This document shows positions 49,819 to 63,884 of a stretch of 64,000 nt of DNA, in pieces. A model generated the notes under the pieces. That model did not search any database. It was not told where the DNA came from and saw only the letters and a list, made by a program, of their open reading frames with translations. How positions within the stretch are numbered: the stretch's first letter is position 1; every line of letters starts with the position of its first letter. The position numbers were made by a program, and so were the translations under genes. Source of the DNA: Azolla caroliniana (lineage: Eukaryota > Plantae > Polypodiophyta). The stretch spans positions 4,960,001 through 5,024,000 of the forward strand of contig JBHGNT010000020.1 of the NCBI GenBank assembly GCA_043228905.1. Reading direction: 5' to 3'.

Positions 49819-52800
49819 CTGTGAATTAAGGACATCTTCTTCATAAGGAACAACTAGGCCTTTACTTAGATACTTAAAATGATACATTCCTTAGTGATGA
49901 AAACAATGTTCTATAGTTATGTCATTTCTTTTAGCGGCTAATAAAGGGTTCTTGATTCATTGTGGTGCCCTCACCAAATGAAAAAGATGTTCTAGCCAAA
50001 ATAAAAAGTGTCATTCAAGCTACTACAATATGTAGTCGCTGTGATTTTTCTCTGTAATTAGGATAAGACAGCCATTCAAAAAACCTTAGATACATTTATT
50101 CCAATGTAAAACGAAAGTCTAGGTGTGTATAATAATAAGTTCAAGGAAAAGTAGTTCTAATGTTGTTGAGGTGCCATTCTTGATGACACAAATATAGTGC
50201 ATAAGATTCTTGAAAAGCTATTTCCTTTTGAAATGGAAATGTTATTCTTATGATTAGTATTAGATAAGAAAAGAAAGTGATAGAATGCATTGCAAAGCGT
50301 TTGCTCAGACCATTTTTCTTTAGCTCATGCGATTGAACAAGTTTGTAAATTGAATTTGCGGTTAAGTGCTTCAATTTTAATAGCAACTTTATGTTTCGAA
50401 AAAATACAATGATTGAGAGACTAAATATAAAAGGACTTCAAATGCCTTGCAATTCGATGGAGAACCTAGATACAAAAGGAACGCAAATGTATTATAAGCT
50501 TAGTTGTCAATTGTTCTTTATTCATGGTGTCAATTAATACTTTTTCCTATGAAGTTACATCCTTGTGTCATGGACTTTATATTTGTGTTAACATCTTGTA
50601 CATTTGTTGTCTTCATATTACCAAGGTTATCTAGCCAATAAGAGTTATATGGACTCCTTTGAGCACTTCTGGTCATAATAAGAGGGATCTTTCTAATGAA
50701 CTCCCTCTTTTGACTAATAGAAGTTGATTGTGCCTCATATGGACTTTATATTTGTGTCAACATCTTGTACACTTGTTGTCTTCATATTACCAAGGTTATC
50801 TAGCCAATAAGAGTTATATGGACTCCTTTGAGCACTTCTGGTCATAATAAGAGGGTTCTTTCTAATGATCTCCTTCTTTTGCCTAACAGAAGTTGATTGT
50901 GCCTCATATGGACTTTATATTTGTGTCAACATCTAAGAGTTGTATGGACTCCTTTGAGCACTTGTGGTCATAATAAGAGGGATCTTTCTAATGATCTCCC
51001 CCTTTTGCCTAATAGAAATTGATTGTGCCTCATATGGACTTTATATTTGTGTCAACATCTCGTACACTTGTTGTCATCATATTACCGAGGTTATCTAGCC
51101 AATAAGAGTTGTATGGACTCCTTTGAGCACTTCTGGTCATAATAAGAGGGATCTCCTAAGGAACTCCCTTTTTTGCCTAATAGAAGTTGATTGTGCCTCA
51201 TTTTAGTTGTAAACAATCTTGAGTATTAAAGAACTAAAGCAATCTGTACACTTTTCGTTTGCTTTGTTTCAATCACTTTGCCCTAGCTTTGTTGTGTTAA
51301 TGTTTCTGCCATAGTCTCTATGTCAAACCTTGTGACATTAATGTCTTTAATCTTTGCCTTGTGTTAAGCCCTTTGTTCTGTTTTGTTAATGTATTTCTCT
51401 TAATATTTGTGTTAGTCTTTGTTCTATGTTAAGGTCTATAAATACTTGATCTTCTTTAATGCCTTTTAGTCCGTTGCCTTATGAGGTATACCCTCATCAA
51501 ATCAACCTTCATGCTATTTCCTGTAGAGTGCTTGGATACCATGGACTTCTAGATTGGCAATGAATGGACATGAAGCTATACAAACTCATGAAGAAGGAAT
51601 AAATATATAGAAAACCACATAAATATATTGAAAAGGATATGAAGAAGGAATAAATATATATAAAACCACATAAATATATTGAAAAGGAAAGGAAAGGAAA
51701 GGATGGAACCATCTTCAATACAAATGTGGGGAAAGAGGATGTATTATGACACTTGATTAATGAAGACATCTAATGTAGTGAATGTCTCCAAGAAGACAAT
51801 GTAAAGGGAGTGTAAATACACCATATGTATATGCCATTTAAAGAAAAAATCAGAAAAACTATGTAATGAAACTATAAGCCTCGTTAACTGATCCTTTATA
51901 GAATTGAAATTAACCAAATCAAGTAATATCATTATAAGTCTACAACAATACACATCAACTGTGTTTTCTCTATCCCATAATAACATTGATTAGAGGTGCA
52001 ATTTAAAGAAAAAATTAAATAAACCAAAATTGATTTTTTTATTTCTTCTTTGAAGGCATTTTATATATTATTAGAGTACATGCATTTTTGGTATCTTGTG
52101 TGCCCTTTGAGCACTTGCAAGGTGGCTCCACCTAGGGATCGGCAACGGCTCGGTTCAAGCCTAAACCGGTTTGGTGGCTTGAGCCTTGCCAAACCTGCTC
52201 AAGCCGTTTATGTAATTTAATTAGGGTTTAGAAAGTTAGAAGTTAGAACTTGAAAGTTGAGAGAGAGACCAAACCATAGGCAACAGACTGTTGAGTGACA
52301 AGAGAGGGAGGGACAGAGAGGGAGGGACAGAGAGGGAGAGGGAGCCTGCATAGTGGACGATTAGAGGACCTCCTTGCTGTTATAAACATTCTTTCTGTAC
52401 GTATAGGTGAAATTTTAGTTCCAAATTCTAATTTGAGTTGGACCTAGGAGCTCGACCTGAAAGTGGTTGAGGGATGGGCAATAGAAATCGAGAATGGACA
52501 TATTGAGGTCTGGAAAGGGTAACATCGACCCTCTCGTCGTGAGCTCACTATATTGGAGGTGCTTGAGAGTCGGGCGGTAGCAATCTTCAAAGGAAGATGA
52601 GAGGAGGATGGGGCATGTCAAATTTGGAGAAGGATTGTATCACTGAGAGTGAGAGGCCGCCATAGCCTCGGGGTTCAGGTGGTGGGAGGCAAGGGATTCG
52701 TGGATGTCAGCCGACCAATCATAGTAGTCTATGGAGAGGACGTTGAGGTGGGACTTGGAGTTGAATTTGGACTCATCAGTGGTAAGGTTGAGAGTGTGGG

Positions 52801-55800
52801 AGTTATGAGGAGGAGAAGAAGAGTAGGAGGAAGTGGTAGTGGTGTTTTTTGGTTTTCTTCACACCTCTAAAGCTTTTTTGTCCCAAACCACTTCACAAAC
52901 CGGTTTAAGGATTGGTTCAGGTCAGGTTTGAGAACCCCAAAACAGTTTAGGCTTAACTGGTTATGTGCCCCTTCTTTGCAAGTCTCTAAAACCTCACCTC
53001 TATTAGTTGTCCACCCAAAGTTGATGTATTTAGATTTTCCATTGCAGATAAAAGGAAACTTAAATATTGTAAGGGTTAACCTTATAGGACAGAATTAAAG
53101 TGGAGGTTACAGATATTAACGTAGATAAGGGATTATGACAAAGATCCTAACATAGAGATTATGGCAGGGGCATAACCACTATAGAGAGGTTAATGCAGTG
53201 CAAGTAACATATCGTTTGTGTAGAGAGATTGGTTATCGGTTATGCAAACATGTTTAAGTTCCAAAATGGGTCTACCACCTTGGATAACATATTGGTGATC
53301 CCTCTGAGCCCTTATTGAGGAATGGAGAGTCCACAAAACGTGAATTGATAATTTCTTTGTGGATTTTTTTAAAGCCTTCGATATTATGCCACAAGTTTGG
53401 CTCATGCAATGCCTATTGGTCCTTGGTGTCCTGATATATGCGCAATTCAGAATCTATATCACTATATGCTAGGAAAAAGTGTGTGCTCCTAATGGGTCAT
53501 CAGAGGTTACGGCTCTGCGAGGTAACAACAGAATACAAAGACCAACAATGGATGTTTCTGCTAGAACTCAAGAGACGGGGATAGAAGTTGTTGTGGAACA
53601 ACAATACAACCACAATTCATCAATCAAGACCCATCAGAACTTTCATTAGTTTCATCACTTGTCGAATACAGGCACAACTAAGTCAAGAGCTACACATGCA
53701 AGGTCTTGACCACAGCATTCATTTGTAAGGGGTTATACTAGAGTGGGCAACAATATTTTGTCGTGCACATAGACCACCTCTATTTGAACCATGACATGTC
53801 ACCCTTGTTTTCAACAAAAAATCAAGGTTATTCTCAATTGAAACTGAAGGTGCTTCCCTTGCGCCCGAGACCTCTCCATTGTGGATAGGCACATTTTGCT
53901 CATCTTTTCAAAGGTAAGTTTTACTAGTTTAGTTGTATTTATTTTAGCTTGTTATCAAAGATGAGGCAACAATATTTTGTCGCGCACATCGACCACCTCT
54001 ATTTGCACCATGACATGTCACCCTTGTTTTCAACAAAAAATCAAGGCTGTTGTCAATCAAAACTAAAGGTGCTTCCCTTGCACCTGAAACCTCTCCATTG
54101 TGGATAGGCACATTTTGGTTATCTTTTCAAAGGTAAGTTTTACTAGTTTAGTTGTAGTTATTTAGCTTGTTATCAAAGATGAGACTACAGTTCGAGATGC
54201 AGTCTTTTGTTTGGTTTCATGAACCATTTTGGTCTCTTCAAAGATTAGATTTTGGTCTTTTGCCCTTCACTCAAGAAAAAATCATGATGAGTCAGTATTA
54301 TATTATGACAACCTTTTTCCATTCAAGTGTTGAAAATGGTTGTTGAATGGTATGTAATGAATGCACATTTGTCATTCAGAATTCTCAGAATAGTTGGTTT
54401 TGATTGCAAAAGGTTGATACCTGACGTATTGTCATTGAGCTCATAAGTAGTGGGCGATGTACCCTTTCTGATGTCTGAATACACGACTCATGTCAGTTGA
54501 GTGGTACAAATTCCCAAACCTTATTGACACAGAAAAACTGATGAGTAATTGATAAAATCTGCCGTGAACCAAAGCTAAAGCTTCCTTTTCATTTGTTTCT
54601 TTTGCATCAGTAAAAGATCTCGTTTGGTAATATTGGAGGTCAACAGCCTTTGAACTTATAGAAGAGCCCCTTATATGAAGCTGAAGCCAACCTGCGTCAA
54701 CATAGAACTAGAGAAGGAGTGGGTGGTCGTTTGGGCAAAGGCAAGGGAAAGGTGATTGAGTGGTGGAAGGGTAAAACATGAGCATGCTGGCAACTGTTGT
54801 AGAGTATCATGCATTTATCCCTTAACATAACTTATTTGGGAAAAACTTTGAAATACCCTTATGATTTTCTTCATTTTCCCCCAAATCCCCTTGGTCAAGT
54901 AGCACACATGTTTACTCAAGATGGGGGCTGACCAAAGGTTTCTTTGTTGTAGTAAAGAAAAACTTGGGACTATTTTGGAGTTTTTCCAATATATTCAGTT
55001 GACAGTATTGCTTGATGAGTTGGAAGATGATGATGACATGTGCATCAAGTTTAGTCAAATAGAAGGTTTTGTGGTTTTCAATGATAAGAGCATGCACGGT
55101 ACGTGATCTCTTTGTGTCCTACAAGTTCTATGGCCTTTTATGACCATCAAACTTGTCATGTATAGATGTGGATAAGTATTAATGATAAAGGAAGCTAAAA
55201 CACCCATGGATATGGAAACATAGTGTGCATGGGATGTAGTGTATTGGTATCTTGGGTTTCTAGAAGATAAAGAACTTGAACAGATTATAATGATATTTAA
55301 AGTTCAAAACACAAAAAGCATTAAGCGTTCAATTCTTTACTGAAATCATTGCAGCAAAAGAAATTATACCTCGTTAACCTGAAAGTAAGTTCCATTTAAT
55401 GGAAAGCTTCCACGCATTGCTGTTCTGCATGGAATCTGTCAAATGGTTAACAATCAATGACATGATGTGGATGCTGGTCAAGTGAGCATGATCACTTGAC
55501 TTATGCACATAAGAACATTCATTCAGATGTACTCACTAATAAGGTGCCTGAAACTACTTCCTCAGCTGTAAATGCTTCTGCAATTGCAGGGAATGGTTAG
55601 TGTGTGGTCGTCACACCATATTTAAAGTTTCAGGTTAACAATAAGCTACGTTAATCTTTATGCTGTAAATGTTTCTGTACGAATTCCCCAAATAGAACTA
55701 CATTTATGAGATGTGGATAAACCTGGACTCCAAATTGCTAGGAGATATGGAGAAGGATCGTCCCTTTCACGAGCAGTAAACTGCCCATATTATGAATTTT

Positions 55801-58800
55801 TTCAAAAGCTAATTAGATAATTCTTAGAATTATTTGGAAAATCTACTCTTGCTAACATTGTGTTTACTATACAAATTTCATATCTGCAAGGCAAAGGAGA
55901 ATTATCATCTAGTAGAAATCTACCTTTTCTAACAACAAGTGATTATCAGGAAGTTCATACCTGTGGTCAAAAAGAAAATTAATATATATATTAGAGTATT
56001 GGAATGGCAATCTCATTATAAATTCAAAATTCAAAATTTCATTAGCATACACATAATGGATTGTTCGAAGTCGATTAATATTCTTCAATTTTGGAGCTGG
56101 AAGATGTGTGCCTGATGGCAGTGGAACAATAGCACTGTGTGCTTCTTTGACATCATCCAATGCTTCCTCGGTGGTGTTCACGTCTTTGTTCTCTGTTCCA
56201 TAATTTTTAGTAATTTTGACTGGAGGTTGTACATGGGGAATAGGAAAATGAACTTGCACTGACTGGTGGCTGGAGCTCTCTACGACAAGCTTCTTTGACG
56301 TTACACTGTTCATGATACTTTTCTCATCCTTCCCGTCATGGCAAAATGTATCAGCTTTATAATAGTTAGTCTTAGAATGCATTGACGAATGGAAGACAGT
56401 GTGCCCTTGTTTATCTGTTTCGTTAGTGAAGCTAATATTATCTGTCTTAGTATTCTCATTTTCTCTTGTAACGTTTCCTGCTTTTAACAAATCATCTGTA
56501 AAGTCTTCTAAATTGTCATAGATAAATGGAAAGTCCTCAATATCTCCAACCTCATGTTCATTTGTTTGCTCAGGTGATGCAGGTTCTTCAACAAAGAAGA
56601 TATGATCATCTGAATGTGAACTCATTGTATTGCAAGATACTTCATAAATAGATGGCTCCTTGCTGAGATTTTGCTCTAGATACTGTCCGTTTGCAGAGTG
56701 TATTAACAATATATTGCCACATCTGTTCCTATGCGCAGCATCTAAAGGTGAGTGTGTATCCATGTCTTCATTGTTGTCTGGTGCCGTTAAAAGAGGCTTT
56801 GCACTGCCCAATAATTTCATGATTAACTTGACTTCATAAGCATGCTATTCATTATAGAAGCTGAATGATGCATTTACAAAGACAGCTCTTTAGATGAGAG
56901 CCAGTAATTCACATGTTTGGATAAACTTATTGGTCTCTAACCTTGCGTAAGCACTTGCAAAATGCTTGCACTCTGTTTTCATTGGACATGCATTACAGTT
57001 TGGTTTACTCTTTGTGCAAAAAACCTACATCCAATCAGACAGTTTAAATATCTGTACAGTAATTTTGCAGAATGGAAAGAATTCGTCATTTCTTTTTATG
57101 TTATTAGTGCAACATGCTGTTTATTAATTGCGGAATGGTTAGGTTAGGATGGATAGAAAGATGCATTTAGAGAGACCTTGCCAAAAGTTATTAGTTGATA
57201 GTGAAATTCATACCTGCAAAATAGCAACATTAGTTCTTATAATTATATATGAAATACCAATGCCAAATTAGAGAATCACGAATTTTATTTTATTTTTCCA
57301 GAAGAAAGTCAAGGTAATGTACAAAGTCTTCTGGTCTAGAGTACAAAGGCGTGGCCATAAGTACTTTTGGATAGTTTCTTGAACAGGATACCTGCAAATT
57401 AGAAAATATGTCATGGGGAGGTTCAAAAGAGAAATAAAGCTTACAATTGCCAAAGAAGGTACAAATGGGAACGGAACAACGGAAATTGTGACAAAAAAAA
57501 CCATGAGGGACCCAAAGATTGGCCTTGGCCCATTGATAGAGGTTCCTTAATATTGTTTGAGAACTTTAGAAGTTAACTACTTTTTCATGTTTTCGATATC
57601 TTTATGCATTAACCTACCAGCATGCACAAAATGTTCCAGAACTCAAAAGACTGAAAACCGTGATTTCTCTTGACAGCAGAAACCTTAATTTTTTCCAGTT
57701 GTAGAAACAGTAATCCCTAATAATATCAAACAGAGTGTAGAGTTGAAATCTATCAGCTGCACATATACATTTTCTAGGGGTCTTAATTGTTGTATTGTTT
57801 GTGTATTGATACTAATTGGTCTTGTGCTCTTTAAATCTGGATGAAAATAAAGACAGGAGTGTCTGAAGGATACTTCTCTAACATTCTCTGACATGAGACT
57901 ACCATGTTTTATAACAGTATTTATGTGATACAGGTTGTAAGAGTAGCTGGTAGAACATAGTTTTGGAAGTTCATGGGCTGTGGGCTCTGTGACTATGTAC
58001 CTTTGTGTTTAAATCACTTGATTTTCTGCAGCAATATTGCGTCTCTGTTGTGAACAGATTGTTTCTGTCTATCAGTATTATGCTAGTTGTGAATAAGTGT
58101 TACCAGTTCCAAATGGTAACTACACATTCCTAACTATCATAAAGTTCTTATCCAAGTACACCCAAGTTATTATAATAAATACATATTAATCATGGAAGAT
58201 TCTCAAAGGATTTATACTCACATCTCAAGAAGATGTAATTGAAGTTCTTCGGGTAATGGTTCAATGGGCACCCAGCCAAGCCTTACACATATCCGTCCAA
58301 CATTTACATCGACCTGATTTTAACATGCTAAAGTATTATTATCATTATTCAGAGTTCCCTACATTAAGTAAAAAAAATGCATAATTGTAGTAGAGCTATC
58401 CCAGGAAGGAAACTTTGAATTGCCTACTGGGAAAGCAACATGATGAAGTGTGAGCAGGCGGATGCATTCCACACTCTTCACTCCAAGGCCATGTATGCTC
58501 ATTAGGTATGCCCTGGCGAATGTGCAAAACTTAGTCACAAAAAAAAAACAGGAACTTTTTTAGGAGTAGTCACAAAATTTTCAGTTCTAATTACTTAGCA
58601 TCTTCTGGTGTAAGTTTTCTTAGCCACTCTAGATCAATACTGCCATGCTCATGGTGAACTGTCTTCAGGAAAGCCTGCAATACTAATACTACTCAAGATA
58701 AAACTACAGAGAAACCATGATGAATTAGGATATACTAGATCATAAATGATACATATAGAATCATATATACCTTAATTCTCCCACTCAAGACATGATGCAT

Positions 58801-61800
58801 TCCACGTTCTTTTATAGTATCTGCCAATTCTTCAACCTTTGCATAGTGAACAGCTTCCCAGTTTACTGAATCTTTGTGTTTTTCTTCTCTTAAACTTTCT
58901 TTGTATGCAAGGTCCATTTCATCATGAAGGCCCAGAGTTTTTTTCCTCATTGGTTCCCAGTCTTGTTTATGATTCTTTTTTCGCCCATTTTGATTCTCTT
59001 CAAAGTGAGCTCTTTCCATACCGGTAATCAGAGGAACTCTTCTTTTCTTGCCCAGTAATGAAGGTGATGAATTTATACTTTCTGCAGTATTTTCAGGCTC
59101 CTGAAATTGGTGGTTTTGGATCTGGTTTCCATCTTCAGGAACTGTCACTAATGCTCCTTTCTCAACTGCTGGCATTTTATGGGGTTTTTCTTTGAGGGGT
59201 CCTTGTTGGATGTTTACACTGTGAAGTGATTCAGATTGTTCCCAGTTATTTTTGTCTATTAGGCTCATTGACTGCAGTGGATAATGATGATTGAGATTTT
59301 TTTCAGAAGTAGCATGTTTAAGGATGTTGGGGTCCTTAAAAAGACGTTTGCGAGCATGGCTTTTGCCATAGACTTCATGTCGCTGGCAACCTGTTTGCCA
59401 ACCTTCCCCTACCATGCCTTCAACATCTTTACAATAATTGTCAATATCACTGTCTTTTATATTCATGGAATTTTGTGTTGTAATTTCTCCATCCTTTATA
59501 TCACATTGATTGTTGTTATTAGATAACCCACTCTGCACTACTCCAGAATAATTCATTTCATCCAGTGGCAATTCACAATCTGAGTTAATACATCTATTAT
59601 CGAATGACCCTGTGGAAATGCAAATTCCAGCAGTTTTATCCTGATCAGTCTCACTAGTCACCATCTCTGTTGGTGAGAGGCAGATGTTCTGCAAATATTT
59701 TTGCTTGTGATGTGAATCTGCAATTGAGTCTGTTAGAAACCGGTTTCCATTTAGGTAACCAGAGATTTCTTGTAAATCCCTGTATTCCTTGGTTGGTTGT
59801 GAGTCCAGACTAAATTTGTTGCCATCTGTTACATAAGCATCACAAGCAATTTGTTACTAATGATATAAGAAGATTTGTTTTAATAAACAATCATTATATG
59901 CTAAGTAGAAGACTTCACATAGACTATCATGAATTATAGCCCAGTTAACAGCCCCCTTCATGTGATAAGTTTTGGTCATCATATACCTGTACTGAGGAAG
60001 GCATCAGAGATTCTTTGTAAATCCTCATCCACCACTGTCTTAGGATCTCCAATTAACATCTGATGCATCACTCCATCACTATGAAATGATTTTTCAGTGG
60101 TTGCCTTTACACAATCGTTGGCAACAAAAACGCCCTTTTTGTGAGGGGTTTCTCCTATTGTGACATGAGGTGTCAGCTTATCCTCTATGTCCTGTTGCAT
60201 CTCACAACACGGTGTAATGATTGCCTGCAGAGATGCTTCTTCTTTATCTTTTCTTTTTATGGCTGGGTAACGTGATGCCACAGACATAAATGCTGAACTG
60301 CAATAATGCAGAAATAACCATTGAACAAGAAGCAATTTTGGATTAAGGAATGGGTGAGGAGTATGTGTACCTTGATAGATGATCAGAGACATTTTGTGTC
60401 AGAAATGCTCCAACCACGGAATCCACAATTGATCCTTCCCAAGGTGAAAAGCGTCTGTGACCTGTACACAAAAGGCTCTTACCTTAGGAGTACTTATCAA
60501 AGTACTAAAATTCCTCAGTTTTGCATGATTTATTACTGTCTTTAATGTTAAATATAGAAAATTCTACACAGCACAAATTTTGGTGGAGGATTTCTAAGTT
60601 ATAGCAAACCTTGGACAATCTGCATTCGTTGAATGAATAACTCAACCCTTTCCTTCATCATGCCTCTCTCCTTTTCCCAGTATTGGTGGTCTTCAAACTC
60701 CTGTGGTATACCACCCAGTGCAAGGTGAGGCCATATCCTTTCGTTTTCAACGTCCATTTGAACTTTTGCTCTTAGTTTAGTTGATGTTTTTGCTGATTTG
60801 GCTAGAATCATCTCTCTTTTGTGGTCATAAATGACTAATTGCGAATTACTGTCTGTCTCCTGTGCCAGGAACAGTTGCGTAGAATGTTTCTCAATAAAAG
60901 ATGATTTATTTGTGCTCTTATATAAAGGCGCAGTGGTATGCGTGCTACTTTGATCATTGGTTTCCATTGACTCTTTTTCAAGCTTGTTACTAATTGAGGC
61001 AGGTACAATTGCATACATAGTGTGTAAGTCAAGCTTATTATTGTCCATGATCACAGCTGTGTGGTTTGGTAAGGCATGTAAGGAAAAGTCACAATCCTCT
61101 CTGGGATTGGTTATACTAACATTCATTATGGATGTATGGTTTTCTTTGCCAAATCGTTTTAGCGAATCACAAAATCCAAGCTTACTGTTACTTGTAGGTT
61201 CTCTGTCTTGTTGAACCATACTCTCTTCTGTAGTCGAGATGCTGAGTTGGTTCATTGAATGACACAATCCAGGTATGGTTCCCATCAATTGCCTATTTTG
61301 CTGAATCCTATTTGCTGCCCATTTTGCAATTGACCTTATTCTTGTATTGGAAGTTCGTTTCTTCCTAACAGAAAAGGATGTCTTCAGGATAGTATATTCT
61401 GTTATGGGTGATATATTCCCTTGCAAACCATTTCCTTTCTTAGGTTTGCCCTTTCTTTTCACTATATTGATGTCTCGTTTAACTCTGGGACGGTGCTTCT
61501 TTCTCTTTGTTTGACGATTATCCTTCGTATCGACTCTTCCTTTCTTGCTTCCTCCATGATTCATGCTTTCAGAAGTTTTATCATCATCAGTTGCAGCCTT
61601 CAGCAAACATCCAACCTCTTGTAAAGTTTCTGAAGCTGTCCTGGATGTTCTAGTTCCATCAGATGCTTTGCTATTTAATTTGTCAATGGTTGCAGACTTT
61701 ACTGAGCAAATACAAGACAATTCATAGTCCGCTGGATAGTTTTGTGAAGAAGCAGAAATTTCTGATACAAAAAGACACAGTTAGTGTTTTCAGATAACAG

Positions 61801-62930
61801 GATAAAATGTAGATACAATTGCAGTTCTGTATCGTTTGACACCCCAGAGTAATTGACATTTCATATCAAAATAGTTCTGCATTTGATATTTCATGCTGAT
61901 CGGGATGTGAATATAGAAAAGTCATTGCCACAAGTTCTGAGGTGTATGTTGATAACTCAGCAGAAACCCCCAGTCACTAAAATGCCGGGTAAAGTTTGTT
62001 ACTTGCTGATTGGACATATTAATCAAAGGAGGGAAGTTTGTAGTGTTTCCTGATAGTTTCTACAGAATTTATAAAATGTTTGAGGTATTTTCTCATAATT
62101 TCCTATTATTTCATGTATGGGAAGAAAATCCATCACATAACTTACTTGTGCTCATAATGTCAGATGGAGGTACAACTTCATATAGCTGACTTGCATTGAT
62201 GATGTCAGGTTCAGGTTCTGTTACAGAGGAAGAGGCACTCCTGGCCGATAAATCTTCTTGCAAGTTGTCATGCATACATTTGTGCTCTGGCAGTTTCATC
62301 TTTTCATAACTATGCTGCAATTTTTTTCGAATTTTACTATTACATGTCGTCAATTGTTGCATGCTCGAAAACTGGGATTGAGATAATACCAAGAGCTTAT
62401 GATGACCTTTGTGTTTTCTGGAATTGAAATTAGTTGACTGGCCAAGGGTATTGATACTCACAAATGTTATGATTGACTTTGGCTTTGTATTTCTACGCTG
62501 TCTCTGTGGATAGATTCTAAGTCTTTTGTGACCCCAAGTTGGAAACTCCAACTGCCTTTTTACTATAATACCATGGGGTTGCAGTGTGTCTGGTGCTGCT
62601 CTGCCCTTCAATTTATATTGTAACAGCACTTCATCTCTGTAATGACCATTCTCATTCTCATGATCAATATCAATGTTCTTATTGCTGCTTTGATTATCAT
62701 AGTCAACATCATTGTTTTCAGTTATATTATCTTTGTATTTGTGAACCATATTACTTAGGGTTACACGATACCCCTTGACTTCTCCACAAACTTCTTTATA
62801 TCTTATACGGAATCCTTTATTCATGATGCGATTGGAATGACGAGCCCTGTTCTTCTGATGCTTGGTCTGAAGATTGTCAGGTTCATAGTCTTCATCAGAG
62901 AGGTACTTATTATTATAACCTCTAGGCCTC
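48377..62930 (-). CDS. DME: DEMETER/ROS1-family 5-methylcytosine DNA glycosylase/lyase (multi-exon; N-terminal exons and start uncertain)
   Basis: GT-AG exons: ~62930-62146(?), 61761-60610, 60461-60371, 60297-59987, ~59717-58771, 58674-58595, 58512-58428, 58313-58222, 57391-57323, 57213-57177, 57024-56942, 56803-56051, 55960-55924, 55780-55723, 55577-55537, 55435-55370, 49818-49704, 49382-49344, 48492-48377. Motifs: domain A GSIVDSVVGAFLTQNVSDHLSSSAFM; HhH GLGVKSVEC; FPVD.NVGR; FeS CTKSKPNCNACPMKTEC; RRM IPCRTAMRGSFPLNGTYFQVNEVFADH…CVRGFD. Confidence 0.95.
48790..49250 (-). mobile_element. Degenerate 3' fragment of the same RTE/RTEX LINE family in the last DME intron
   Basis: Reverse complement resembles 45500-45915 (ATAGGTCATAT.TTGACC.CCG.AAGATGATAA…ATCTATCT; GATGTGA..GGGCATTGGGG). 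Confidence 0.7.
50570..51200 (+). repeat. 169-bp tandem repeat x4 (unit 3 has a 43-bp deletion) in the long DME intron
   Basis: Units begin TGGACTTTATATTTG at 50571, 50740, 50909 and 51035. Confidence 0.92.
53290..53520 (+). pseudogene. Short degenerate LINE RT fragment
   Basis: LIEEWR…FFVDF.KAFDIMP resembles LINE RT 'CFVDFKKAFD'. Confidence 0.45.
53746..54183 (+). repeat. ~219-bp tandem duplication in the DME intron
   Basis: GGCAACAATATTTTGTCG at 53746 and 53965. Confidence 0.9.
56942..58674 (-). CDS. DME: HhH-GPD glycosylase and [4Fe-4S] exons of the DME/ROS1 gene
   Basis: Catalytic Lys (GLGVKS), catalytic Asp (PVD) and four cluster Cys are present; exon phases are consistent. Confidence 0.95.
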
Positions 62931-63842
62931 TGCTTTCAGAACCCGATATATATTTAGAAAATGAACTAAATTATCTGTAGGTTTGAATTGAAGTTGTGCA
63001 ACTTGTTCTTGTTGAAAGCAGGCCAAGCTGATGAGAATATGTACTAGATTACTTGTGAAATATACAAAATTTACCTTTTGATTCCTCATTTTTAAAGCAT
63101 TGATTTATCAGAGGTGTACAACTTATATGTGGGCCGTATTGATGCCTTTGCTGTTGAAAGAATGCAACCTGTGAAGGAAAATGAACTAAAAGGTTAATTA
63201 AGAATTCAGACGAATATTTAACTCTGTAAGATTCAGTATAGTTTGTCAATCTAGCAGAGCAAGAACATTGTTTGTACAACTGATGTCTGCCACTGAAAGA
63301 AAGCAAGGCAATGTGAAGAATGAACTAGAATTGGGTGATACTTTGCAAATTGTGTAGATTGTGTAATTGATATAGAAAGAAGGCCAAAATAGATGAGGCT
63401 ACGTGCGCTTAAAGGCTTGAATTAAGAGATGTTTCCGAAAAAATAATCAGTCTTAATTTCCTTCTGTTTAAACCTTCATTTTTATAGAGTTAAAACACTG
63501 TTCGTTCTGTACATATGAATGTTCACTAGGGTTAAGTCGTGTATTTAATGACGTTAAGTGTTAAATTTCAGGATGAGAAATAATTCATTTAGAAAGTCCA
63601 AATTTGGAAGGATCAAAGAATACAAAATCATGTCCCAAAAACCCATGGAATAATGACAGGAAAACAGACATGCATATATGTATTTCCCTTAAATCATGGC
63701 AAGAAATTCTGCTTGAGAGCCATTAGAGAGTAGCAAAAATATGCTTTGCTAATTAATGCAGGTAAGAGAACAGCATGTACAGGAGGAACAGAGGAAGATG
63801 AGTTGGGTTGCGTTGGTTCTGGTTGTACATAGTGTGTTTTAG

Positions 63843-63844
<2 letters not shown>

Positions 63845-63884
<40 letters not shown>
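63845..63884 (+). repeat. (GTA)n microsatellite, probably in the DME 5' UTR/promoter region
   Basis: Direct observation. Confidence 0.9.

Noticed and set aside
50570-51200. CRISPR-like array
   Set aside because: Contiguous 169-bp units without unique spacers, in eukaryotic DNA with no cas genes.
52133-52972. hAT-like MITE or captured gene fragment in the DME intron
   Set aside because: Termini are only loosely inverted, no TSD was found and no recognisable protein.
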